Below are positions 9,599-17,650 of a stretch of 64,000 bases of DNA, one piece after another (positions within the stretch are counted from its first letter, which is position 1; each line of letters begins with the position of its first letter). The DNA is from an archaeon. Its GTDB lineage: Archaea; Iainarchaeota; Iainarchaeia; Iainarchaeales; JAAZKV01. The notes beneath the pieces are model-generated. The model saw only the letters and a list, made by a program, of their open reading frames with translations. It searched no databases and had not been told where the DNA came from. The position numbers were made by a program, and so were the translations under genes. Location: NCBI GenBank assembly GCA_038046585.1, contig JBBSVX010000013.1, positions 6,942 through 70,941 on the forward strand, in the 5' to 3' direction.

Positions 9599-9643
9599 AA
9601 AAAGAAAGAAAGGGCCTATCGCGCCTGGGCGAAAGCCTTTCCG
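9599..9643 (-). terminator. GC-rich stem-loop followed by a T-rich tract downstream of the 72-aa gene
   Basis: Minus strand reads GGAAAGGC...GGCCCTTTCTTTCTTTT immediately after the stop codon. Confidence 0.4.
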
Positions 9644-9646
9644 CAT

Positions 9647-9865
9647 TCATTCATCTTTTATTGCGACAAACTCGTACGCTTGCTGGAGCGCTAAGATTGC
9701 GCGAGGGAGATCGTCCACTCTGAGGGAATTGGTTTTCTTCCACTCTTCTCCATCCTTATAGTTCCTTTCAAGCGTGGTTGAGAAGAACTTTTTCCCATCT
9801 TTTGATGTGTTTTCCCATACCGCAACCTCTACCGGGCCTACTTTCAATGCTTTTGTTGGTTTCAT
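9647..9865 (-). CDS. Small PC4/YdbC-like putative ssDNA-binding protein
   Basis: VEVAVWEN...FSTTLERNYKDGEEWKKTNSL plus a C-terminal helix resembles the PC4-like fold (pattern recognition). Strong AGGAGGT SD. Confidence 0.6.
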   Translation of the reverse strand: MKPTKALKVGPVEVAVWENTSKDGKKFFSTTLERNYKDGEEWKKTNSLRVDDLPRAILALQQAYEFVAIKDE

Positions 9866-10206
9866 ACTTATTACCTCCTTGCCTAATTTTATGGCAAAAA
9901 ATTATTTTTGCTTTATTGCAATAAAAATGCAAAAAAAAGCAATTCACTGCTTCTTGAGTCGTGTGGAAGTCAAAGGAGCTGCCTAGTCAAAATAAAGCTA
10001 ATTTAGAGCTTTACGTAAGAAAAGTCAAACGCTTTTGAATTGCCTTCTACAAATCTGCAAATTCTTGATGAAAACATATCATACACCTCTTTACTACCCC
10101 TTCATTTTTGGTCTTTAAAAAGAAAAGAGAGGGTAGCGCGCCGGTGATCGGAAATATTTTATTTTAAAAAAAGTTTTTGTTAAAAACTCTCATTTCGTTT
10201 TGAAAA

Positions 10207-11280
10207 TTATCTTGGGAGCCTGTTTTTGTTTTGCTTTTTTTCTCTTTCAAATCTTTTCAACGCATATCCTGCGAATAACTTTACTTTTTTTGGATTTTCT
10301 TTTGCGATTGCCCTAAACCTTTGGTGCTTATCTTTTGCCGCAATGCTAACCATCCCAAGCCAGCCCTTGATTACGTTTATTTTGTAAGGCAAATTTGATT
10401 TGATTATGTCCTTAAGCGTTTCTCTTTTCCAACTGCCTATTGAGAACTGCGGCGCATGCAGCGCGCCAAGCCCAGAAAACAAATATGCTTTGCCGTCCGT
10501 GGCGAAATGCACAGTGACGGGCATTTTGGCCCCGTATAACGGCACAAGTCCGACGCCTAACGCAACATTTATTGGCGGCATGGGAGCGCCTTCCCCTCTA
10601 TGCAATTTGCCAAGCCAATTTTTCATGTCTTCGGTTCCTTTTTTGCTTGAATAAAATTCCCTCCTCCCGCTGTTGCTGTCTTGAGCCACTCGCGTTTTGA
10701 ATTCTTTTGGTATTAGTCTTGCTATGTTTTTTGGCCACCGGTATTTTTCTTGGTACTTTGTTTGGGCGACATTCTGAACGTTTGCCTTTGCACCTGCTGC
10801 TTTTGCTCCAGCAAAGAATGCGATAATTCTTGCTTCCATCTCCCGACCATAAAGCAAATGCTCCCTATCTATTGAGACGTTAACTCTTGGGAGCCCCATT
10901 CTTTTGAGGAGCGCCGCCGTCTCCGCAGGATTTGTGGGAAATAACGCAAGATTTGTTGTGATGCTGACATTTTTTCTCCCAAGGACGCGCACGGCGTATT
11001 GTGACATTTGTACGACTTCTTTATTGAGAAATGGCTCTCCGCCGGCGATGCAAATAAATTTCGAGTTCCCCAAAATTTTCCCCTGTTCTTTAATTTGATC
11101 TATTAGTTTTTTGAATTCTTCAAACTTCATATCGGGGCCCGTGTAATATTCTCTGCCGCGCTGGAAACAGAAGTTACAGTTCATGTTGCAACGGGAAGTC
11201 ACGTCAAAAGTGAAAAGCTTTATAGGAGGAATTTCTTCGCCAAAGGGCGTCTCTGGAATCTTGCTTAAAGCATCAACCAT
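10207..11280 (-). CDS. Radical SAM domain protein
   Basis: CNMNCNFC (CxxxCxxC), AGGEPF, ITTN, VNVSID. No obvious Cys-rich SPASM domain. Confidence 0.85.
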   Translation of the reverse strand: MVDALSKIPETPFGEEIPPIKLFTFDVTSRCNMNCNFCFQRGREYYTGPDMKFEEFKKLIDQIKEQGKILGNSKFICIAGGEPFLNKEVVQMSQYAVRVLGRKNVSITTNLALFPTNPAETAALLKRMGLPRVNVSIDREHLLYGREMEARIIAFFAGAKAAGAKANVQNVAQTKYQEKYRWPKNIARLIPKEFKTRVAQDSNSGRREFYSSKKGTEDMKNWLGKLHRGEGAPMPPINVALGVGLVPLYGAKMPVTVHFATDGKAYLFSGLGALHAPQFSIGSWKRETLKDIIKSNLPYKINVIKGWLGMVSIAAKDKHQRFRAIAKENPKKVKLFAGYALKRFEREKKQNKNRLPR

Positions 11281-11337
11281 ATGAAGAATTATGCGAAAGA
11301 ACTACTTAAGCTTTTTTGAGTATAATTAGAAAGAGGC

Positions 11338-11979
11338 TTATTCTCTTGTCCATCTTTGCATTTCGCGCAAGGCTTTTTCAGCAGTTTCAATTACTAAAAG
11401 TTTTTTGTCAAGATCCTTTACCTGTTTTCCTGCAGCTTCCATCCTAAAATCCTTTAATTCATCAGCGTATTTTGCAACTTTTTTGTCTTTTTTGTAGATG
11501 ATTGAGGTTGAAACTGTTTCAGAGAGCTGTTTTCGATAATCAAGATCTTTCACAAACATTTTCACCATCGGTTTCCATTTTTTGTCCGCTACAAGGTGCG
11601 CAGGAAGTTTTACAATGTCTGCATCTTTTCGGTAATCTGCATCCGAAGCCATTTTTGCCATGTGTTCCCAATAGAGCGGTTCTTTTAGTTTTTTCAACTG
11701 GTGAAACTGGTGGTACATTGATGCTGAAAGGTGGCTCTTTTTCCAGTCGCCAAGCTTTTCCTGATAAAGTTTCTTTTTCTCAACTATCTCGTCAATTTTT
11801 TTTCCTAGTACCATCGATTCAGGATAGGATAATTTCGGCCAGTCTTTTCCCGATTCGTGCGCTTTAATTACGCCGCCCAAGGAAAAATATTTTTCAAGAG
11901 CTGCCCTTCGTTCGCCTTCTTTTGGGGACTTAGGAAATCTTTTCTCAAATTCTACTATTGAGGCGATTACATCAGTCAT
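11338..11979 (-). CDS. Hypothetical Lys/Glu-rich helical protein
   Basis: Track ORF. Start moved to ATG 11979 to avoid overlapping the upstream gene. Confidence 0.65.
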   Translation of the reverse strand: MTDVIASIVEFEKRFPKSPKEGERRAALEKYFSLGGVIKAHESGKDWPKLSYPESMVLGKKIDEIVEKKKLYQEKLGDWKKSHLSASMYHQFHQLKKLKEPLYWEHMAKMASDADYRKDADIVKLPAHLVADKKWKPMVKMFVKDLDYRKQLSETVSTSIIYKKDKKVAKYADELKDFRMEAAGKQVKDLDKKLLVIETAEKALREMQRWTRE

Positions 11980-12044
11980 TCTATCAACTAAAGAAAAGTC
12001 TTTTGTGGTTAAAAAGGATGCTGGTTTTAGATGGAAAATTAGGC

Positions 12045-14717
12045 TTAGGATGAGGCTTCGCATCCGAAAGTCGCGTCTTCAATCCCTATCTTGTGAGGAA
12101 TGCCATAATTGGTATTGTAGCTTATTGTGACATCTATTGTCCTTTGTGCGCCCACGTTTGCGCAAGTGTGGGTCGTGTCAATAGTTATTTTCTTTTCATC
12201 CCCCACATCTAAGAAAAAATTTTGTGTGGCGTTCTGATCATCAAATTTTATGTCTGTAATTGTAACTCCTCCGGAAGTGTTGTTCTGTAGGATTATGGTG
12301 TAATTTCCGTCAAGCGTGACCACTCCGTCCATTATCCCTATGGGGCTTGTCTGCATCTTTATTTTTGAAGATCCTTCTGATACGCTTGCGCCCGATTCAA
12401 AAAACCCAGTCATCATCCCGGTTACAAGAAGCGCGACAACGACAATAATTGCCATGAGCACTAAGTATTCTATTGTTCCTTGCGCACCAGGTGCACCCGA
12501 GGCGGGAGGGTTTGCGGGAGGCTTTGTTGGGGGTGATTTTGGAGGATTTTTCTTTGCAGCATTTTGTGCGTTGAACTCATTGAGCTGAAGCATGTATTGT
12601 TCCATTAGTCTTCTGTAAGTAGTTTCGTCCATCTGCCCTTTCATGTATCCTTGCTCAAGAAGCTTCATCTTTAATTTAATTTCCTTGATTTTCTTTTCAC
12701 GTTCGTTTCGCATATTAAAAGTGTAGACCAAGAATCCGAATCCCACAAGAATCAGTATCACTCCAATCCCTATTACGGCCATTACTACCGTGTCGAGTCC
12801 GTCAAGAGAATATTTTACGCTCGGTTTTTTTGACGATGAGGGGAGGGCATTCCATATCACTTTTCCTTCTTCGGGAAACGATTCGCCTTTAGGATCCGCC
12901 ATAGGATAAAATGAATTTATTTTTGCGCCATTGGGAACAATTATTGTCAGCGAACTTGCGCCAAGTGTGCTTTCAACGTTCCAATCCCTAAATGTTACTT
13001 CGTAGCTGTTCCCCATTAAAGGAGTGATTAGCATATCTGTTTGAGTGATAAAATCAAGGATTAGATTTCCGCCTGCAAATGAAGCGAGGCAGGTTGATTT
13101 TTCAGTTGTAAAGAAACCCATTTTTTCAAACATGGCGTCCTGCGCGTAGAGTGTGTAATTGGTGCAATCGAATGAAGCGTACTGTGCAGTGCTGATGCCT
13201 ACATAGGCAAGGCAGGCCTCATTATAGGGGAGCAAAATATTGAGATCCACATCAGCTATTCCTTCTTTGCTGACCTTGAAAGATAGATCGAATTTTGTTG
13301 CGAGCGTCGTATCTATCGAGCACTCTGCGTCGCCTAAGGAAGCATCAAACCTTGCGATAGGGGTTCCCATCGTGCCAAAGTCGTTTTGGTCTACCTCTTT
13401 TTCCACAGTGTACACTACTTCGGCTTTTCCTTCTGGAGCAATGAAGGGTATCACAAACGCGATCACGGGATCATCTTCGATAACGACCATATTGTAGTCG
13501 GAGCGTATTTCGCTTGCAGAAAGGGCGATTTCTTTCGGGATTGTTTCAATGATTTCGACCCCTTCTATCGCATTTTGCGAAGGGTTTGACACTTCAATCG
13601 ATATTGTTGATTGTTTTTGCGCGTTGTCGTCTGAAGAGCGACTTACGACTATCCCTCTCTTGAATTCGAAACTTTTTGTTTCTTCAGAAAATTCTTTTTG
13701 GGAATTCTCGTCTATAGCATCGCCCAGTTTTCCCACTTGGTCCAAAACGTCCTCTTCTTTTGGAGTATAGATAATCTCTTGAGAATAGATTTTCGTCCTT
13801 ATCTCGTCAGGGGAAAAATAGTACTCTCCGATTATTTGCGGCGGGGCAAAAACGGTTCCTGAGGTTGTGACACACACCTTGACTCCGGCCAGATCGCCCT
13901 GCTCGACTGATTTGCATTTGTAATCTCCGTCGGTGACAGACAATATTCTTACAATAATTGCCTGCCCAAAAGATTTTTCGCATTTTATAGCGGAATTTAA
14001 ATCGGCTGCAATACTGCACTTGGTTATCGTTTCAAGGTATGCTTCCGGATCGAATTTGTTCTCTCCCGAGTCGACCATAGCATTCGTATCGTTGATTTTG
14101 CTAGAAGCCGAATTTGTATCTAAAACACAGCCTTGTGAAGTTGTGCAATTCGTTTCCTGGTTTATATCAGAACTCTCGGGCGGATAATATGGATTCATTA
14201 GCTGTCCGTTGCACCAGTTCTCATCGTACCCCGCGAGGTTTTTGGTGATATTGCAGTCAAGTTTTTGGGTTTGAGAACAATCAGTCACTTTGTTAACATT
14301 AGGGCATTCCTTTATTGTGCACCCGTTTTGGTCAACGTATGTATTGCACTCAACCGCAGTTGCGGCGATGGCTTTCCACTGGCACTTGTTGTCAGAGCAG
14401 CCGCAGTAGAGATTGTAATCTACTGCCTTGTAGCAATCCGCGAATTGGCAGGTGGCGAGTGCATCAAACTTTTCATTAGCTCCTCCGCAATTACTGTCAT
14501 AGCAGCCTCCTGTTTTGCACTCAGAATCAAGTTTGCATAAGGCGTAAGTTGACGTTCCGCAGAACGAAGCGTTAGATGGAGCAGTATTTATGCTAGGGGT
14601 TGTGTTTGTATTCAAGTCCGCATCTGTTCCCTTTATAGGACTGTCAAGCGCAAGAACCGAGCCGGCAACTATCGCGACAAACAGAACTGCGAGTAGGACG
14701 AAAAGTGAGTTACTCAT
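12045..14717 (-). CDS. 890-aa surface membrane protein: signal peptide, eight-cysteine cluster, Ig-like region, TM helix, SHOCT-like cytoplasmic segment, then a C-terminal class III signal / pilin-like module
   Basis: FCGTSTYALCKLDSECKTGGC...CGCSDNKCQW Cys cluster, TM VVMAVIGIGVILILVGFGFLVYTF, Pro-rich linker, AQGTIEYLVLMAIIVVVALLV. Confidence 0.8.
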   Translation of the reverse strand: MSNSLFVLLAVLFVAIVAGSVLALDSPIKGTDADLNTNTTPSINTAPSNASFCGTSTYALCKLDSECKTGGCYDSNCGGANEKFDALATCQFADCYKAVDYNLYCGCSDNKCQWKAIAATAVECNTYVDQNGCTIKECPNVNKVTDCSQTQKLDCNITKNLAGYDENWCNGQLMNPYYPPESSDINQETNCTTSQGCVLDTNSASSKINDTNAMVDSGENKFDPEAYLETITKCSIAADLNSAIKCEKSFGQAIIVRILSVTDGDYKCKSVEQGDLAGVKVCVTTSGTVFAPPQIIGEYYFSPDEIRTKIYSQEIIYTPKEEDVLDQVGKLGDAIDENSQKEFSEETKSFEFKRGIVVSRSSDDNAQKQSTISIEVSNPSQNAIEGVEIIETIPKEIALSASEIRSDYNMVVIEDDPVIAFVIPFIAPEGKAEVVYTVEKEVDQNDFGTMGTPIARFDASLGDAECSIDTTLATKFDLSFKVSKEGIADVDLNILLPYNEACLAYVGISTAQYASFDCTNYTLYAQDAMFEKMGFFTTEKSTCLASFAGGNLILDFITQTDMLITPLMGNSYEVTFRDWNVESTLGASSLTIIVPNGAKINSFYPMADPKGESFPEEGKVIWNALPSSSKKPSVKYSLDGLDTVVMAVIGIGVILILVGFGFLVYTFNMRNEREKKIKEIKLKMKLLEQGYMKGQMDETTYRRLMEQYMLQLNEFNAQNAAKKNPPKSPPTKPPANPPASGAPGAQGTIEYLVLMAIIVVVALLVTGMMTGFFESGASVSEGSSKIKMQTSPIGIMDGVVTLDGNYTIILQNNTSGGVTITDIKFDDQNATQNFFLDVGDEKKITIDTTHTCANVGAQRTIDVTISYNTNYGIPHKIGIEDATFGCEASS
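12460..12485 (-). repeat. 26-bp exact repeat copy A (GCGCAAGGAACAATAGAATACTTAGT), inverted relative to copy B
   Basis: The reverse complement of 12460..12485 is identical to 15708..15733. Confidence 0.9.
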
Positions 14718-14740
14718 GAAACACTATCCGAGAATGTTGT

Positions 14741-14809
14741 ATATATTCCTTTGGAAGAGACAGAATTGCTTTAATTTTACCTTCCAAAAGAGCACCAAAA
14801 GGAATATAT
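14741..14809. promoter_or_regulatory. Symmetric back-to-back BRE/TATA-like promoters for the divergent 890-aa and nucleotidyltransferase genes
   Basis: AAAGGAATATAT occurs on both strands, each about 24 nt upstream of the respective ATG (14717 and 14833), consistent with leaderless transcripts. Confidence 0.6.
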
Positions 14810-14832
14810 CTTCTAAGAAAAATTACTTATTC

Positions 14833-15648
14833 ATGAGCAAACAAATCGGTATCGTTTATATGGTCGCGGGGCTTTCCTCGAGATTTGGGGGAAAGATAAA
14901 GCAGTTCGCGCGCGTTGGCCCTGTGGGCGAAACGCTAATTGAAGTGTCAATGAAACAAGCGGTAGCCGCGGGTTTTACAAAAATAATTTTCATTGTAGGA
15001 GAAAAAACTGAGGCTCCATTTAAGGAAATGTTTGGCACAAGTTATAGTGGAATCCCGATCGCTTATGCAAAACAGGAATTTGATCTGGCAAAAAGAGATA
15101 AGCCTTGGGGCACTGTTGATGCGCTCGTATCAGCAAAAGATGCGATAAATGGACCATTTGTGGTGTGCAATGGGGATGATATCTATGGAGAGAAAGCTTT
15201 CTCGCAGGCGCATGATTTCTTGAGCGCGAACGGAACCGATTGCGTCGCGGTCGGATACGAACTTGGAAAAGTGATTCCTGAGAAGGGAAAAACGAACAGA
15301 GGAATATTCAAGACCGACAGCAAAAATTTTGTCACAAACATGACAGAAGTTTTTGACATTGAAAAAGAAAAATTACACGAAAAGGGTTTGGAAGAAAGCA
15401 CCCTTTGCAGCATGAATCTTTTCGGACTACAACAAGAAGTTATTTGGATGCTTGCGGATAAATTAGGACATTTTAAGACGCAGCATAACGGAGATAGAAA
15501 GGCAGAGTGTCTTTTGCCAGTAGAGTTAAGCAATCTTATCAAGGAAAAAAAGATTTCACTGAGGCTTATCGCCACTGACGATAAGTGGTATGGTGTAACT
15601 AATCCTGAAGACGAGGAAAAGATAAGGCAAGAACTGGCGCAAAATTGA
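14833..15648 (+). CDS. Sugar-phosphate nucleotidyltransferase family protein (bacterial-like)
   Basis: MVAGLSSRFGGKIKQF, RDKPWGT, FVVCNGDDIYG, WYGVTNPED. Start moved to ATG 14833. Confidence 0.85.
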   Translation: MSKQIGIVYMVAGLSSRFGGKIKQFARVGPVGETLIEVSMKQAVAAGFTKIIFIVGEKTEAPFKEMFGTSYSGIPIAYAKQEFDLAKRDKPWGTVDALVSAKDAINGPFVVCNGDDIYGEKAFSQAHDFLSANGTDCVAVGYELGKVIPEKGKTNRGIFKTDSKNFVTNMTEVFDIEKEKLHEKGLEESTLCSMNLFGLQQEVIWMLADKLGHFKTQHNGDRKAECLLPVELSNLIKEKKISLRLIATDDKWYGVTNPEDEEKIRQELAQN

Positions 15649-15692
15649 CCTATGCCACAAGATTATTATAGATTGATAGCCCTTACTCCTCC

Positions 15693-17567
15693 ATGAAAAA
15701 CCATTCCGCGCAAGGAACAATAGAATACTTAGTAATCATCGCGGTCGTGGTAGTCATCTCGCTCGTTGTTGTCTCGATGCTTGTCGGATTCACGAACCAA
15801 GGGGAAAACGTTGCAACAGCAAGCTCACAAATATCAACAATGACCTCGCCAATAGCAATCGTTGATTCAGAATCAACACTCGACGGAAACATCTTTTTAG
15901 GATTCAAAAACAACACAGGAGAAACAATCACAATAACAGAAGTACTCGTAGGCGACGAATCACTACCAAACATCAACCAAACAATTACACAAGGCGCCCC
16001 CGCAAACATCGTAATCAACACCACAAAAAACTGCACACCCGGCACCACCATCACCACAACAATAACAACAAACTACACAACATCAACAGGCCTAACAAAA
16101 ACACAAAAACTAGAAAACATCCAAATCAACTGCAGCGACATAAACCTAAACGAAGGCATACTAGAGCAAACACAAGGCGGAACTCCCCCAACAGGGCCGG
16201 GAATTGATTTACAAAACGGATTAATCGCACACTACAAGATGAATGAAGACGCGATAGATACAACAGTTTCAGATAGCACAGGAAACAACGATGGAGTGCT
16301 AGTCAGAAATTTCGACTTAATATCAAGCACAAACTTAATGGCAACTTCAAAAATAAATGGCGCGCTAAGCTTTGATGGAAGCAGCGATTACATTGATACC
16401 GGCGCCCAACCGATTGGCGCAGGAAATAATCCTTTCTCAATTTCGTGCTGGTTTAAGACCACAAAACCTGACGGGGAAGAATATATGTGGGCAATAGGAG
16501 GAGACTTTTTCAGCGCCGACAACACTTATGCGACAGCAGGGGTCTCTTATGATGAAGATGCAGTGGGGATATTAATCTCAGGCAACTGGTTTGCGCGTGC
16601 TTACGCTTATGGAATCCGAGATGGGAAGTACCACCATTTTGTTTTTACGCATGATGGAAGTCAGGGAACTTTATGGCTGGATGACGTGAACGTGGGCTAT
16701 GGAAACACATCTTCACTGAATCTAGGAACGGCTAATCTACTTATTGGAAAAAATGCTACTTGGCCAACTTGGGATGGATCACTCGATGATTTTAGAGTAT
16801 ATAGCACAGCCCTTGGTCCAAGCGATATCGCAGCGCTATATAATTCAGGCGCAGGGACTGAAAGCGAAAGCGGCGCGCTTGGAACAAATCTTGTTGCGCA
16901 CTACAAGATGAATGACAATGCGGCAAGCACAACGGTTGTCGACAGCAGGGGAGATTATAACGGGACATCTCAAAGAGATACAAACATTTTGATTTCTTCT
17001 AAGATTAACGGTTCATTCAGTTTCAACGGAATCGGCGAATATGATCCAGATATAACTGCGGACTATATCGAAGCCGGGACCCCAAACGGGGACCTAAATA
17101 TAACTGGAGACAAACTTTCAGTATCTGCCTGGGTAAAAAGATCAACAGAAGACAGATATGATTGGATAGTCGGAAAAATGGGCTCAGGCGCAGGCTCTTG
17201 GTGGATGGACATTCAAGCATCCCACCTCGGAAATTTTGTAGACTTTGCAATAGACACTGACAGCGGACCAGGACTTGGCGGAGGAACAACGGACATTGCT
17301 TTACCTAATGATGGCACATGGCACCACGTCGTAGGAGTTTATGACGGAACCAATGTAATTGTATACGTGGACAATGCCGCATCCACCCCAATACCAACTA
17401 CAGGGAACATTGTTCCCAGAGAATATTCAACAAAAATTGGCTGGGAAGATGGATGGGACTCGCAAACATTCAAGGGAAGCATGGATGATCTTCGAATATA
17501 CAACAAAGCATTAAGTACAGAAGAAATTGCAGCAATCTATAACGACGGAAACGGAACAGAAAACTGA
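15693..17567 (+). CDS. Class III signal (pilin-like) protein with two tandem LamG/concanavalin A-like domains
   Basis: HSA|QGTIEYL followed by a hydrophobic helix. Two repeats start L[IV]AHYKMN and end DD[FL]R[VI]Y..AL...IAA[LI]YN. Confidence 0.85.
   Translation: MKNHSAQGTIEYLVIIAVVVVISLVVVSMLVGFTNQGENVATASSQISTMTSPIAIVDSESTLDGNIFLGFKNNTGETITITEVLVGDESLPNINQTITQGAPANIVINTTKNCTPGTTITTTITTNYTTSTGLTKTQKLENIQINCSDINLNEGILEQTQGGTPPTGPGIDLQNGLIAHYKMNEDAIDTTVSDSTGNNDGVLVRNFDLISSTNLMATSKINGALSFDGSSDYIDTGAQPIGAGNNPFSISCWFKTTKPDGEEYMWAIGGDFFSADNTYATAGVSYDEDAVGILISGNWFARAYAYGIRDGKYHHFVFTHDGSQGTLWLDDVNVGYGNTSSLNLGTANLLIGKNATWPTWDGSLDDFRVYSTALGPSDIAALYNSGAGTESESGALGTNLVAHYKMNDNAASTTVVDSRGDYNGTSQRDTNILISSKINGSFSFNGIGEYDPDITADYIEAGTPNGDLNITGDKLSVSAWVKRSTEDRYDWIVGKMGSGAGSWWMDIQASHLGNFVDFAIDTDSGPGLGGGTTDIALPNDGTWHHVVGVYDGTNVIVYVDNAASTPIPTTGNIVPREYSTKIGWEDGWDSQTFKGSMDDLRIYNKALSTEEIAAIYNDGNGTEN
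15708..15733 (+). repeat. 26-bp exact repeat copy B
   Basis: Identical to the reverse complement of 12460..12485. Confidence 0.9.
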
Positions 17568-17650
17568 CTCGGTTAAATTGCAGTCCGCCTCTTTGCGCCG
17601 GCACGCCCCCCACCCCTCATTTTTAATACTTTCAAATCCAAATTTATTCT

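Noticed and set aside
14590..14832. 81-aa N-terminal extension of the nucleotidyltransferase in the ORF track
   Set aside because: It overlaps the divergent 890-aa gene and the promoter region. Family similarity begins at MSKQIG (14833).
15693..17567. Diversity-generating retroelement target or template
   Set aside because: No reverse transcriptase in the window and no near-identical repeat pair differing only at adenines. The two LamG repeats are old, diverged duplicates.
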